A stretch of DNA of 64,000 bases from IMG/VR virus record IMGVR_UViG_3300027689_000306, one strand, 5' to 3'. The notes below the pieces were generated by a model that worked only from the letters and a program-made list of their open reading frames with translations, was not told the origin of the DNA and did not search any database. This DNA comes from an uncultured virus (IMG/VR IMGVR_UViG_3300027689_000306) (lineage: Duplodnaviria > Heunggongvirae > Uroviricota > Caudoviricetes > Crassvirales). This document shows positions 39,241 through 48,146 of the stretch, one piece after another. The stretch's first letter is position 1, and every line of letters begins with the position of its first letter. A program made the translations under genes and the position numbers.

Positions 39241-39422
39241 TCTTCAAGTTGTATATAATCATCTAACTCTAAACATTCTGCATCATTAATATAAAGAGTG
39301 TTTTGATCCATATCAAAGTCCATTGCTCCTAATTCATGTGCAGGTTCAAACCCACCCCAAAATTTAACTTCTGCATCTTTAGGACACTTTTTTAATATTT
39401 TAATTAATTCTTGTACTTTCAT
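39237..39422 (-). CDS. Small phage protein
   Basis: MKVQELIKILKKCPKDAEV N-terminus, common in phage small proteins. Confidence 0.65.
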   Translation of the reverse strand: MKVQELIKILKKCPKDAEVKFWGGFEPAHELGAMDFDMDQNTLYINDAECLELDDYIQLEE

Positions 39423-40486
39423 TCTCTTAAGAAATATGATTTGTTAGTAATAGATTCATAATCACTGTCTGTGATGTCTTTTTTTCTTGGGAGCTCTTTG
39501 AACATACCAATCTGGCCTAAGAAACCAAGACCAATACGCACATCATCTTCTCCATAAGAATTCTTGATTAGTCTCAAGCTTCTGAAGTATTTAGCTCCAT
39601 ATTGATCTTTTAGTTTATCTAGATCATAACCTGATGGGTCAGCCACCTTGTATCTCATAGGATCAAACAAGGCCATAACAACATCAGCATCATTCTGTGT
39701 TGCAGAACTGTCTGCAAAATCCTCTAGCTGAGGTTCTACATCACCATTCTTTATCCTAGAAGGATTAGATATGTCACGATTGAATTGACTAACAACCACT
39801 GGTGAATATCCATAGAAGTCACGAGCATATCTCAGCTCATCAGACATCTTATCAATAGCTTGTTTCTTGGTAGGTTGAGCAGATGTTAGTTTCAATAGAC
39901 CAATATGATCTATAACTACCATAGTTATCTGACTTGGATCATCTGGAATATATATCTTGTTCCATTGATCTAGTTGCTCAATTTTACCATTCTTTAGTGC
40001 ATAGTCTTTTAGTTCTTTAGCTATACCTACAGGGTTCTCTGGTCCATCAATGATTGTAACGATTTCACTTAGTTGTTCTACATAATCTCTATAGTGTAGA
40101 AACAAGTCATGTTCATCTTTAGTCATCTTTTCAGTCCAACCAAGCAACTTACCTACAGGAATGATTATACCCTGGTCTAGAAATATTTTACGAGATACCC
40201 ATTTGGCCATCTTGTATGTTCTACTTCTCTCCATGGACCTATACCACACCTTCACCTTGATGCCTGAAGCTAGGCCTTTTTTAGAAAGAGCCCAATCAAC
40301 AGGATTAAGAACAAAAGCATCATCAATAAAAGATGTCTTACCAGAACCAGTTAGTCCACCTACAAGATAATACATACTCTTACGAATACCTACATATCTG
40401 GTAAGCCTATCAAATCCCATAGGAATTCCTCTGTTTAGATCATTAAGGCCTTTCTCAACCTCTGCATTTAATAGTTCAAAACTCAT
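39419..40486 (-). CDS. DnaB-like replicative helicase
   Basis: GGLTGSGKT, SME, IDHIGL, VSQFNR, QNDADVV, IKN. Confidence 0.9.
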   Translation of the reverse strand: MSFELLNAEVEKGLNDLNRGIPMGFDRLTRYVGIRKSMYYLVGGLTGSGKTSFIDDAFVLNPVDWALSKKGLASGIKVKVWYRSMERSRTYKMAKWVSRKIFLDQGIIIPVGKLLGWTEKMTKDEHDLFLHYRDYVEQLSEIVTIIDGPENPVGIAKELKDYALKNGKIEQLDQWNKIYIPDDPSQITMVVIDHIGLLKLTSAQPTKKQAIDKMSDELRYARDFYGYSPVVVSQFNRDISNPSRIKNGDVEPQLEDFADSSATQNDADVVMALFDPMRYKVADPSGYDLDKLKDQYGAKYFRSLRLIKNSYGEDDVRIGLGFLGQIGMFKELPRKKDITDSDYESITNKSYFLRE

Positions 40487-41112
40487 ATATCTGTTCCTCC
40501 TTTTGGTTTTTGTGGTGCTATGTCTACCTTAGCTCCATCTCTGATTAATTCAACAAATCCATTAAATGCTTTTTGATTTAGATATACAGATGAGCCCATC
40601 ATGAATGTAAGTCTATTACTATTTGTAGCAATAGAAGCTTCTTTCTTCTGTAATACCTCATACTTCAAAGCTTCTATAAGCTCTGCAGCTGTATACTCTC
40701 CATCTAATATAATCTTATCAAACTTTAGTCTACAGTCATCTTTATACAGTCTGAGTGATCTAGTACCTGGATATGTCTTACCCTTGTATTCAACTTTATC
40801 AGTACCTGGATAGTTCTTCCACCACTCTTCAAAGTCTGTTGTGGCAGGTTTCCTTCTTATTAGTTTTCCTGTACTCTTAGTGTTCATGAATTCCAATAAG
40901 TCTCTACCTAATGTTGTGATCTTCTCATCATCTGCTGTTATAAGTCCTTTTCTTATCAAAGAATGGTAGACAGAACCAATCTTCATACTTCCATCACATA
41001 GTGGGGAAACATCATATTGCTCGTCTACCAACTTCAATAAGAATATTACATCTAAGTTATAACCTCTTTTGATGAGCTCTTCGAACTGTTCTGGTGTTAC
41101 ATTCAGCCTCAT
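40483..41112 (-). CDS. Putative replication initiator / helicase loader
   Basis: N-terminal wHTH-like segment and FEEWWKNYP...YLNQ domain; directly upstream of the helicase. Confidence 0.55.
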   Translation of the reverse strand: MRLNVTPEQFEELIKRGYNLDVIFLLKLVDEQYDVSPLCDGSMKIGSVYHSLIRKGLITADDEKITTLGRDLLEFMNTKSTGKLIRRKPATTDFEEWWKNYPGTDKVEYKGKTYPGTRSLRLYKDDCRLKFDKIILDGEYTAAELIEALKYEVLQKKEASIATNSNRLTFMMGSSVYLNQKAFNGFVELIRDGAKVDIAPQKPKGGTDI

Positions 41113-41272
41113 CTGTTAATATTGGTATTTCGGTTTTAATAATTGCAGGCAGTCTATTTCTAGACTCCTGTTCTTCCTCCCATTGTTGCCAAGAAGCCTC
41201 AATATCTTTCTGTCTTTCTATAGCATAGATATGGTCATTGGGATGCTCCCAATCTTCTATTAACCAGTCCAC
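41057..41272 (-). CDS. Hypothetical protein
   Basis: Coupled operon ORF. Confidence 0.45.
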   Translation of the reverse strand: MDWLIEDWEHPNDHIYAIERQKDIEASWQQWEEEQESRNRLPAIIKTEIPILTDEAECNTRTVRRAHQKRL

Positions 41273-41538
41273 TATTCAGCTTTTCTAGGTCTTCCAACAG
41301 GTTTTTTATCAACTTGTGCATCATTTGCAACAGTTGGTTTCTTCTTGTTTCTTTTCTTGTAGTATTTCTTCTTAGGTTTGTCCATAGAATCAATAACATC
41401 TTTCTTAGGGATGTATGTCACTTTTCTAGGTTGAAACTTAGGCTCTTCTTCTTTAACTTCTGGAGCATTCTTAAATGAAGAATACATAATAACTGCTGCT
41501 ACAATAGCTACGGAAATAATAATAATAAGTAAATTCAT
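41272..41538 (-). CDS. Membrane-anchored basic protein with AT-hook-like GRPRK tail
   Basis: N-terminal TM, Lys-rich, ends KKPVGRPRKAE. Confidence 0.55.
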   Translation of the reverse strand: MNLLIIIISVAIVAAVIMYSSFKNAPEVKEEEPKFQPRKVTYIPKKDVIDSMDKPKKKYYKKRNKKKPTVANDAQVDKKPVGRPRKAE

Positions 41539-41801
41539 AGTTCTTCTTGTTTAATTCTTAAGCCAAATTGTAGGTTAAACCACCCAAATGTTACTTCAGC
41601 TCTTGATTTGTTAAATTTAAAAATCTTCTTTAATAGAGGAATAGCATAACGCTTGAATTCCTCATGTTGTTCTTGTGTCATGGTATTATTATGATACCAC
41701 ATTGGATCATCACTTACATCTAGCACTGTCTTACCAATCATGTTTAATTGGTATTCAACTAGATGATCAGAGATGTTTGTTCGATTGATCTTTGCTCTCA
41801 T
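41535..41801 (-). CDS. Hypothetical protein
   Basis: 88 aa ending WFNLQFGL. Confidence 0.6.
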   Translation of the reverse strand: MRAKINRTNISDHLVEYQLNMIGKTVLDVSDDPMWYHNNTMTQEQHEEFKRYAIPLLKKIFKFNKSRAEVTFGWFNLQFGLRIKQEEL

Positions 41802-43762
41802 TAGAATAGATTTAATTGATTAGGTATAAAGACTGTTTTGATTCTTTTACCCTCAGTCTGAATCTTTGTTATGATTCTGTTAGCTTTCTCAATATAGTAA
41901 TCATAGTTGACATTATCAACAGCACTACCTTTTGGTAGATAATTACAAACTTTACATACCCATTCACCTGCTTCTATCTGACTGATAGCTGCAGCTCTGG
42001 TTTGACATTCTGGATTCTTCACTTTAAAGATTTTATCTCCTGTGTTAGATACATAATAACGTATAAGCTTATCGTACACTGTAACTTCTCCTGTGATTCT
42101 ATTAGTTCCCTCATAATGGAAACTTCTGGTTGCTTTTTGTCTTAGACAAAAGTCATATAGATTTTGATGATTACGTATCGTAATATCAACAGGTACACCA
42201 TGAACAAACCACTGCTCAAGAGCAATCGGAACCACTCTTGCTGATTTATTCTTGTGTAACTCAAAGTCAGTAAGGAAATCACCTTTCTTTTTAATCTCTC
42301 CATTGGTCATAATTGCTAAGTAATCATTAACAGTACTAAAGATAATCTTGGAATAATCTGTACGTTCTAACTCATATTGAGTTAGCTCACACCACCAGTC
42401 ATTAAGCTTGTGCATCAAAGGAATAAGTTCTTTCTTAATCTTGATAGTTACACCATCTGTGTTTGCAGAGATCACATGTATGCCATTCAATTCATATTGC
42501 TCGATAAGCATCATTAGACTAAGCTCACCAGTAATTGTGGTGAACATAGTTAACTGCCTATCAAATATCCATGATTGCATATCAGATGACTTACCATACA
42601 CAGAGTTAACTGCAAGTTTAAGAGCTCCTACAATTCCCTTAATTTTCTTATCGCTCTTTGCAAGCGGTTTAAGCTCCAATCTTTTATCAAACATCTGTTT
42701 GTATCCCCGAAGGAATTCTTTTCCCAAATGAGCAGGAAATTGCCCATTGTTGATGATGATAGCTGGATAGTAACTAGACACATCCCAATCGATTATCTCA
42801 CACTCTTCATCAGCTTCAAACACATATGGTTTGTTCTCTGTATGAAGACCACCTTTCATAAAAGAATATACATTTCCATAGAAATCTATATGCTCTTTGA
42901 AATCATCTTGAAGACCCAATTGAGTCTTCTTCATTCTTTTTAAGAAATCACTAAGTTCTGTAGTTTGAAAAACTACATATTTAGCAATGCAATTCTTAAG
43001 ATCTATATTCTTTCTGAAATATCCTTTTCTAGGAAGTTCTTTATACTCAATACCTTTCTCTGAGCAATAATACTTCTTGATCATTTCATCACCTATCTTA
43101 CTATCTGAATAGTTCAGACATGGAATACCAAACTCTTCATAGATATCTTGTCTAAGCTCTATTTGATTGTTTCCTTTGTACAATGGATGATCTGTATCAC
43201 CAGTGGTGACTTTATAGAATTCATAAGTTGCATCAACATCATTATAACAGTAGTCGATTGTTAGTTCAATCTCCTCTTTTGTCATATTGGTTTTACTATG
43301 ATGAATAGGCATTTCTTCAATGTTCTCTAAGTCCATCTCAAACTCAAGCCTCTTAAGGCTCACCATACGATTCTTATTATCGTAGTGATTGATCTTAAAT
43401 AGATCTATTTGTTTAAGACTTAGTTCGTGCTCTCTGTACTCAGGGAACACATCATAGTTAGCATCATGTATAACATCAGCTGCTTTCTGTGCTATCTTGG
43501 CAGTGATCTCTAGATTACTTAGCTCATGCCAATTGTCATAGTTTCTTAAGATCCATTCAACAACTTGACTGTCAAAGCGTAGATTATTATATCCAACCCA
43601 ATAAGCATCAGCATTAGCTTCTGTGTATCTAACAAACTTATCTAGTTCGTTCTTCCATTTAGATACTTGAAAGCTCTTACCAGCTTTACCAGGCACCATA
43701 CATACAACTAAGAATAGTTCTTGCATGGTTTCTATGTCATATATTATTACATCTTCTTTCAT
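41801..43762 (-). CDS. polB: Family B DNA polymerase
   Basis: Exonuclease motifs YDIET, GYNNLRFD, YCYNDV; polymerase motifs DWDVSSYYP, KLAVNSVYGK, ANTDG. Confidence 0.95.
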   Translation of the reverse strand: MKEDVIIYDIETMQELFLVVCMVPGKAGKSFQVSKWKNELDKFVRYTEANADAYWVGYNNLRFDSQVVEWILRNYDNWHELSNLEITAKIAQKAADVIHDANYDVFPEYREHELSLKQIDLFKINHYDNKNRMVSLKRLEFEMDLENIEEMPIHHSKTNMTKEEIELTIDYCYNDVDATYEFYKVTTGDTDHPLYKGNNQIELRQDIYEEFGIPCLNYSDSKIGDEMIKKYYCSEKGIEYKELPRKGYFRKNIDLKNCIAKYVVFQTTELSDFLKRMKKTQLGLQDDFKEHIDFYGNVYSFMKGGLHTENKPYVFEADEECEIIDWDVSSYYPAIIINNGQFPAHLGKEFLRGYKQMFDKRLELKPLAKSDKKIKGIVGALKLAVNSVYGKSSDMQSWIFDRQLTMFTTITGELSLMMLIEQYELNGIHVISANTDGVTIKIKKELIPLMHKLNDWWCELTQYELERTDYSKIIFSTVNDYLAIMTNGEIKKKGDFLTDFELHKNKSARVVPIALEQWFVHGVPVDITIRNHQNLYDFCLRQKATRSFHYEGTNRITGEVTVYDKLIRYYVSNTGDKIFKVKNPECQTRAAAISQIEAGEWVCKVCNYLPKGSAVDNVNYDYYIEKANRIITKIQTEGKRIKTVFIPNQLNLF

Positions 43763-43956
43763 TGTCTTGTTGTGTTTTTATGATCTTTCCAATCTAGCCA
43801 AAAGCCTATTGCTACAATAATGTTCATTCCAAATGATGCAAGGATCTCTGTTATGTCTTCATAGATATTAGTAGTAAGATGGATATGTCCCACCATCCAA
43901 AAAGGAATAGCGAGATTATTTGATATCCATCTTACTAAATAATTTATAAACTTCAT
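43759..43956 (-). CDS. Small membrane protein
   Basis: Likely start MKFINY; the annotated TTG at 43965 lies in TATCTTTG (43963-70). Two hydrophobic segments. Confidence 0.55.
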   Translation of the reverse strand: MKFINYLVRWISNNLAIPFWMVGHIHLTTNIYEDITEILASFGMNIIVAIGFWLDWKDHKNTTRQ

Positions 43957-43999
43957 AGCTTGCAAAGATAATCAAAATTATTATATTATTCTAATAATT

Positions 44000-44482
44000 T
44001 TAGTTATCAAAGTAATATCTAACGTGATCTTGGAAGACTACTATTCTACTTGGTACACCAGTGAATGACATTACACCAACAGGCACTTCAATACCTATTT
44101 CAGCAGGTTGTCTTTCAGTTGGTTTCTCAATGATTTCTTCACAGATCTCTTGTACAATCTCTTGTGCTTCATTAGCTTTGATATCTTCCATTATCTCTTC
44201 TACTCTTTGTTCATAGTTAGAAAATAAAGATCCTTCTAATGGATCAAATTTCATTATGACACTTGGTCTAGGAGCTTTTCTAACTCTTGGTCTTTTAGTA
44301 GGACCATCATAAGTCTTGGTAATCTTTCTTGTTAGTTTAGAAAGTTTAAGCACTTTACCATAAAGTCCTGAAACAGGTCTTCCCCATCTTGATGCTAATT
44401 CATGAGCAATGATGGCAATAGGTTTACCTGTTCTGATTTCTTGTTTAATCTCGTTAATTTGCTTTGCTGTGTAATGTTTCAT
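44000..44482 (-). CDS. Hypothetical protein with N-terminal HTH-like segment
   Basis: YTAKQINEIK...IAHELA...GRPVSG. Confidence 0.5.
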   Translation of the reverse strand: MKHYTAKQINEIKQEIRTGKPIAIIAHELASRWGRPVSGLYGKVLKLSKLTRKITKTYDGPTKRPRVRKAPRPSVIMKFDPLEGSLFSNYEQRVEEIMEDIKANEAQEIVQEICEEIIEKPTERQPAEIGIEVPVGVMSFTGVPSRIVVFQDHVRYYFDN

Positions 44483-44530
44483 AGCTTTGTTAATTTAATG
44501 TTTATAAATAATTTAATTGATTCTCTGTTA

Positions 44531-44977
44531 TTATATGTCTTCTAGTCCATCCATTAAGGTACCGTCCCAGTCTTCATCATCTTCTTCTGGTGCAAGTGAT
44601 AACACCACTCTATCATCTATTGAAACTACACCATATTCATCCACTTCTATATCAACATAACCATCGAGTTCTCTCAATAGATAATTGATATCTTCTAATG
44701 TAACATCTCTGTACTCATCAGAATCATCTCCATCATCCCACCAACCTATTTCATCATGTGAAGCAAGTAACCCTCCTTCATCATCAATGATAACTAGTTC
44801 TACAGGTGCACCATGTTTGCTCATGAATGCATCAGCATCTTCAGGAACCTCTTCAAGCTCAAATAGCTCAATGTATGGTTCTATCACACCAACAGATATT
44901 CTGTTAATGAAAAGCATACCCTCCTCCAATTCTGTAGGAAGGTAGCTTGACAATGATATTTCTGCTGGATACCACAT
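44531..44977 (-). CDS. Highly acidic hypothetical protein
   Basis: 148 aa, very D/E-rich. Confidence 0.6.
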   Translation of the reverse strand: MWYPAEISLSSYLPTELEEGMLFINRISVGVIEPYIELFELEEVPEDADAFMSKHGAPVELVIIDDEGGLLASHDEIGWWDDGDDSDEYRDVTLEDINYLLRELDGYVDIEVDEYGVVSIDDRVVLSLAPEEDDEDWDGTLMDGLEDI

Positions 44978-45333
44978 TAGAAATCTCTTTTTGGTGATGG
45001 TTCAGCAATTTTGTACACTGAATGTATACTAGATAGTCTTAATAGAATGTGAAGCTGTTCAGCCTCTAGATAGTTTATCTCTTTCTTTGAGTTAACACCA
45101 ATGATTTCTATACCATTACCTGTGTCTACTAGTTGCATAGCTACAGTCTTTCTAACATTATCAGCCCATTCAAAGTCATCACTATAATATAGTGTATGAA
45201 CTGTAGCTTCTTTTGTAGCTTCTAGTTTGTGATAATCATATTCATGTGTATCATTGATATAGATTTCTTCTCTGTATAACACATCGCTGGTGTTATCAAT
45301 TACATCTTGTATTTCTTTTTTTAGTGTTGCCAT
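44977..45333 (-). CDS. Hypothetical protein
   Basis: Coupled ORF preceded by the CCTTAATAAC motif. Confidence 0.6.
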   Translation of the reverse strand: MATLKKEIQDVIDNTSDVLYREEIYINDTHEYDYHKLEATKEATVHTLYYSDDFEWADNVRKTVAMQLVDTGNGIEIIGVNSKKEINYLEAEQLHILLRLSSIHSVYKIAEPSPKRDF

Positions 45334-45334
45334 T

Positions 45335-45637
45335 TTATTCTTTTGTTATTAAGGTTAATGCTTTTTTGTGTCCTTCAAGAGCATCTTCATAAGATGTATA
45401 TCTGTCTTGATATTGGTCATGTTCTCCTCCAAATATCATAGTTTCCCATAATATTGGTGTATTACCTTTTGGCCAAGCATGATCTAATCCAAGAAATACT
45501 GTTGATACCCATACACCATCATCAAGATGATCTTGTTTAACCACCTTTCTTTCTAGATTTTCATCCAACCACTTTGCTGCCTCAGTTATAGAAGCAGCAG
45601 CAATTGGTTTATTGTTATTGTCTAATGTATACCACAT
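45335..45637 (-). CDS. Conserved phage protein (VSTVFLGLDH...ETMIFGG family)
   Basis: VSTVFLGLDH, WETMIFGG, RY.S..DAL.GH motifs. Confidence 0.7.
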   Translation of the reverse strand: MWYTLDNNNKPIAAASITEAAKWLDENLERKVVKQDHLDDGVWVSTVFLGLDHAWPKGNTPILWETMIFGGEHDQYQDRYTSYEDALEGHKKALTLITKE

Positions 45638-45639
45638 AA

Positions 45640-45873
45640 TTAAAATCCTGCTAGTTTAGAAATTCCATCTTTATGACTTAACACATAAGCAAGATCATCT
45701 TCTTGTTTAGGTGTCAATTGTTTAATAGTGGATATCAAATTGATTCTACTATATGTGATATCTTCACCATATAAGTTTGTAAGATTGTCTCCAATCTCTC
45801 TCATCTTATCATAACTAAATACTGTTACAGGGTCACCATATTGGTCTACCCACTTTCCGTTTTCTATTTTCAT
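45640..45873 (-). CDS. Hypothetical protein
   Basis: Operon ORF. Confidence 0.55.
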   Translation of the reverse strand: MKIENGKWVDQYGDPVTVFSYDKMREIGDNLTNLYGEDITYSRINLISTIKQLTPKQEDDLAYVLSHKDGISKLAGF

Positions 45874-46103
45874 GATTGTTGTTCTATTACTTTTGTTATT
45901 ATTTCTTCATACACTTCATCACTAAGTAAATCAGTGATAACTATTCCTTCTAACTTAACTGATGATATTTCAAACTCAGCAGAACATCCTGGATGTCCAG
46001 ACATATCACTATAATACATAACCATTGGTTCTGCTGGAGAATAATATCCACTCACCTCTAAACGTACATCATATACATTTACTTCTGTTTCTATTTCTTT
46101 CAT
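45870..46103 (-). CDS. Small acidic phage protein
   Basis: Y.PAE...G.PG...EFEI..V pattern. Confidence 0.6.
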   Translation of the reverse strand: MKEIETEVNVYDVRLEVSGYYSPAEPMVMYYSDMSGHPGCSAEFEISSVKLEGIVITDLLSDEVYEEIITKVIEQQS

Positions 46104-46166
46104 GTTATTTCTTTTTATTGATTAAAAGAATAAGGGCTCCACTACAGAGCCCTTGAATTCTCCTCC

Positions 46167-46313
46167 TTAATAACCCAACTGTTGAAGTTGTTTTATATTG
46201 GCCTCTACAATATACACACCTTGTGATATTGTACATGCAAATGCAATACTCATTGCAAATGCTAATTGTCTGAACTGATAGAACTCAGTTGGTTTCATTT
46301 TGATTGTTTTCAT
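46167..46313 (-). CDS. Small hypothetical protein, absent from ORF track
   Basis: 48 aa, MKTIKMKPTEFYQFRQLAF...LQQLGY, preceded by the CCTTAATAA motif. Confidence 0.6.
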   Translation of the reverse strand: MKTIKMKPTEFYQFRQLAFAMSIAFACTISQGVYIVEANIKQLQQLGY

Positions 46314-46342
46314 GTTTTTTTAATTATTAAGGATTTATAAAT

Positions 46343-46370
46343 AAAAAAGCCTCTAGTTTCCTAGAAGCTT
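46343..46370 (-). terminator. tmRNA terminator
   Basis: AAGCTTCTAG-GAAA-CTAGAGGCTT followed by a T-tract, immediately after the tmRNA 3' end. Confidence 0.75.
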
Positions 46371-46372
46371 AG

Positions 46373-46693
46373 TGGAGGTGAGGAGAGTCGAACTCCTGTC
46401 CAAACTACGTTCATTAATACAATTTATACAGCTTATAGGGTCAAGCTAGGCTTGAGATAATCCACCACTCTGTTTAATCTAACAGAGAAATCTTTGAATG
46501 TTTAGGCTGCTACAGCAACTTCTTCTCCTAATAAAGAGAATACTTTGTTCATGTTAGCTTCGATTTGTGCGTTGTCTCCTAGAGATACTACACGAGTAAT
46601 AGATTTGCCATTTAATAAATTCACCTTAGTTTACAGTTATCTCTCTGGCTGATTGTATTAATTATTGGTAACCTGTCAAAACCAGTCACCCCC
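46373..46693 (-). ncRNA. ssrA: tmRNA (transfer-messenger RNA)
   Basis: 5' GGGGGTGACTGGTTTTGACAGG and 3' GGACAGGAGTTCGACTCTCCTCACCTCCA. Acceptor stem has the G3:U70 alanine determinant and a T-loop TTCGA; internal ORF ends ...VAVAA*. CCA is not encoded. Confidence 0.93.
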
Positions 46694-46707
46694 AATAAAT
46701 ATCCCTG

Positions 46708-46739
46708 CAAATATACATCACAGGGATAAATAAAACAAA
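46708..46739 (-). promoter_or_regulatory. Promoter for tmRNA
   Basis: TTTG, 20-nt spacer, TATATTTG just upstream of the tmRNA 5' end. Confidence 0.75.
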
Positions 46740-46748
46740 CAAATTAAC

Positions 46749-48146
46749 CTAAACTTTAATAAGCTGAGCTCCAAGCTCTGCAGAATGGCTATACACCTCT
46801 CCATTGTTAACAACTTCGATTTGTTTACCACCTGTAGCAAGACAAAGATCTCTAAGCTCATTACTAAACTCCATTAGTGACACAGCATTCACCTTGTAAG
46901 GGAATTTCTCTGTACCAATTTCATCTTGACCATCATTGATAATAAGAATCTCTGGCTTCTCTTGTGAAAGATCAACCTGAAGATTACATAGTTTACCACT
47001 AGATATTTCATTAGAAATATACTCAACCATCTCACCAACTTCTGTGTTACCACCATTTGGTTCATTAGAGAAATGTCTCCAGAATTCTATTACATCCTCT
47101 CTATTCTTGATGTGTTGGAAATTAAGCTCTTCTGGATCATCAACAAAATAGCTAAAGAACACTTCAGCTTCTCCTTGCATAACATATTTGAACCTGTCTA
47201 TTAATATAGCATTCACCCAGATCTGTTTCTGTTCTTCATGCATACTTCCAGAGAAATCTAATATAATAATGATCTTCTGAATCTGTTCTTTTCTATCAAC
47301 TGGGACATTAACTGTCAAGTCTTTAGTTAAGAACTTAGTTGCGAAGTTGGGAAACATCTTCTGATATAGATCAATCATGTGAAACTGTGCATAGTCTCTC
47401 ATAATCATCTTAGCATACTGATCAGAGTTGCTTACAATCTTCTCACTGATTTCTTTCTCCACCTTAAACTCAGATCCAAATGCACCAACAAGAGATAGAT
47501 TGTTTAATATCTCCATCTTTCTATTTTTGCTCAGTTCATTTAGTTCTAATTGTTCATTGATGTTAGGATCATTGTACACCTTTCTATCGAAATCTAATGC
47601 ATTCTTCATCTCAAGTTTTTCTTCTTCATCATCTATTGGATCACCATATTCATCAGTTAGATTCTGTCTTATCTTCAAATAGATAGAAATAGCTTGTTCC
47701 AATGGTGTGTAACCAGGAATATAACTGTCAAATATACCATCATACAGTTCTTTCTTCTGATTGTATGTGTTTTGTTCAGCCTCATCTAGAGTGTCAAACG
47801 CAACATACTTCTCAGCTATATAGTCTGTATCTTCTACCATCTTAAGATAGCATACACGAGCTAATTCTTTGATTGTATCAATAGATGCTTGCTTATTAGC
47901 AGTCACCTTCTTCTTAATCTCTTTAGCTGTTGGTGTTATGTAACTAATAGGATCTTTAACAAACAAATCATCGTTATCATCATCTAGTTCTGTAAGGAAC
48001 GAATATGCTGACCAACCACTACTCTTACTCCAGCCACCACTATATAAACTCTTCCAACCACCTTTACTCTTTTTAGGAGTATAGGTTGGGGCATAATAAC
48101 TACCATAAAAGTCGTCATCATACCCATCTCCCCATATACTCTTCAT
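46749..48146 (-). CDS. vWA (MIDAS) domain protein, partner of the MoxR ATPase
   Basis: ILDFSGSM (DxSxS), GGNT, IINDG. Confidence 0.85.
   Translation of the reverse strand: MKSIWGDGYDDDFYGSYYAPTYTPKKSKGGWKSLYSGGWSKSSGWSAYSFLTELDDDNDDLFVKDPISYITPTAKEIKKKVTANKQASIDTIKELARVCYLKMVEDTDYIAEKYVAFDTLDEAEQNTYNQKKELYDGIFDSYIPGYTPLEQAISIYLKIRQNLTDEYGDPIDDEEEKLEMKNALDFDRKVYNDPNINEQLELNELSKNRKMEILNNLSLVGAFGSEFKVEKEISEKIVSNSDQYAKMIMRDYAQFHMIDLYQKMFPNFATKFLTKDLTVNVPVDRKEQIQKIIIILDFSGSMHEEQKQIWVNAILIDRFKYVMQGEAEVFFSYFVDDPEELNFQHIKNREDVIEFWRHFSNEPNGGNTEVGEMVEYISNEISSGKLCNLQVDLSQEKPEILIINDGQDEIGTEKFPYKVNAVSLMEFSNELRDLCLATGGKQIEVVNNGEVYSHSAELGAQLIKV

Noticed and set aside
46373..46405. Stand-alone tRNA suggested by the GTTCGA T-arm
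   Set aside because: There is no anticodon arm; the matching acceptor strand is 320 nt away, so this is the tmRNA 3' end.
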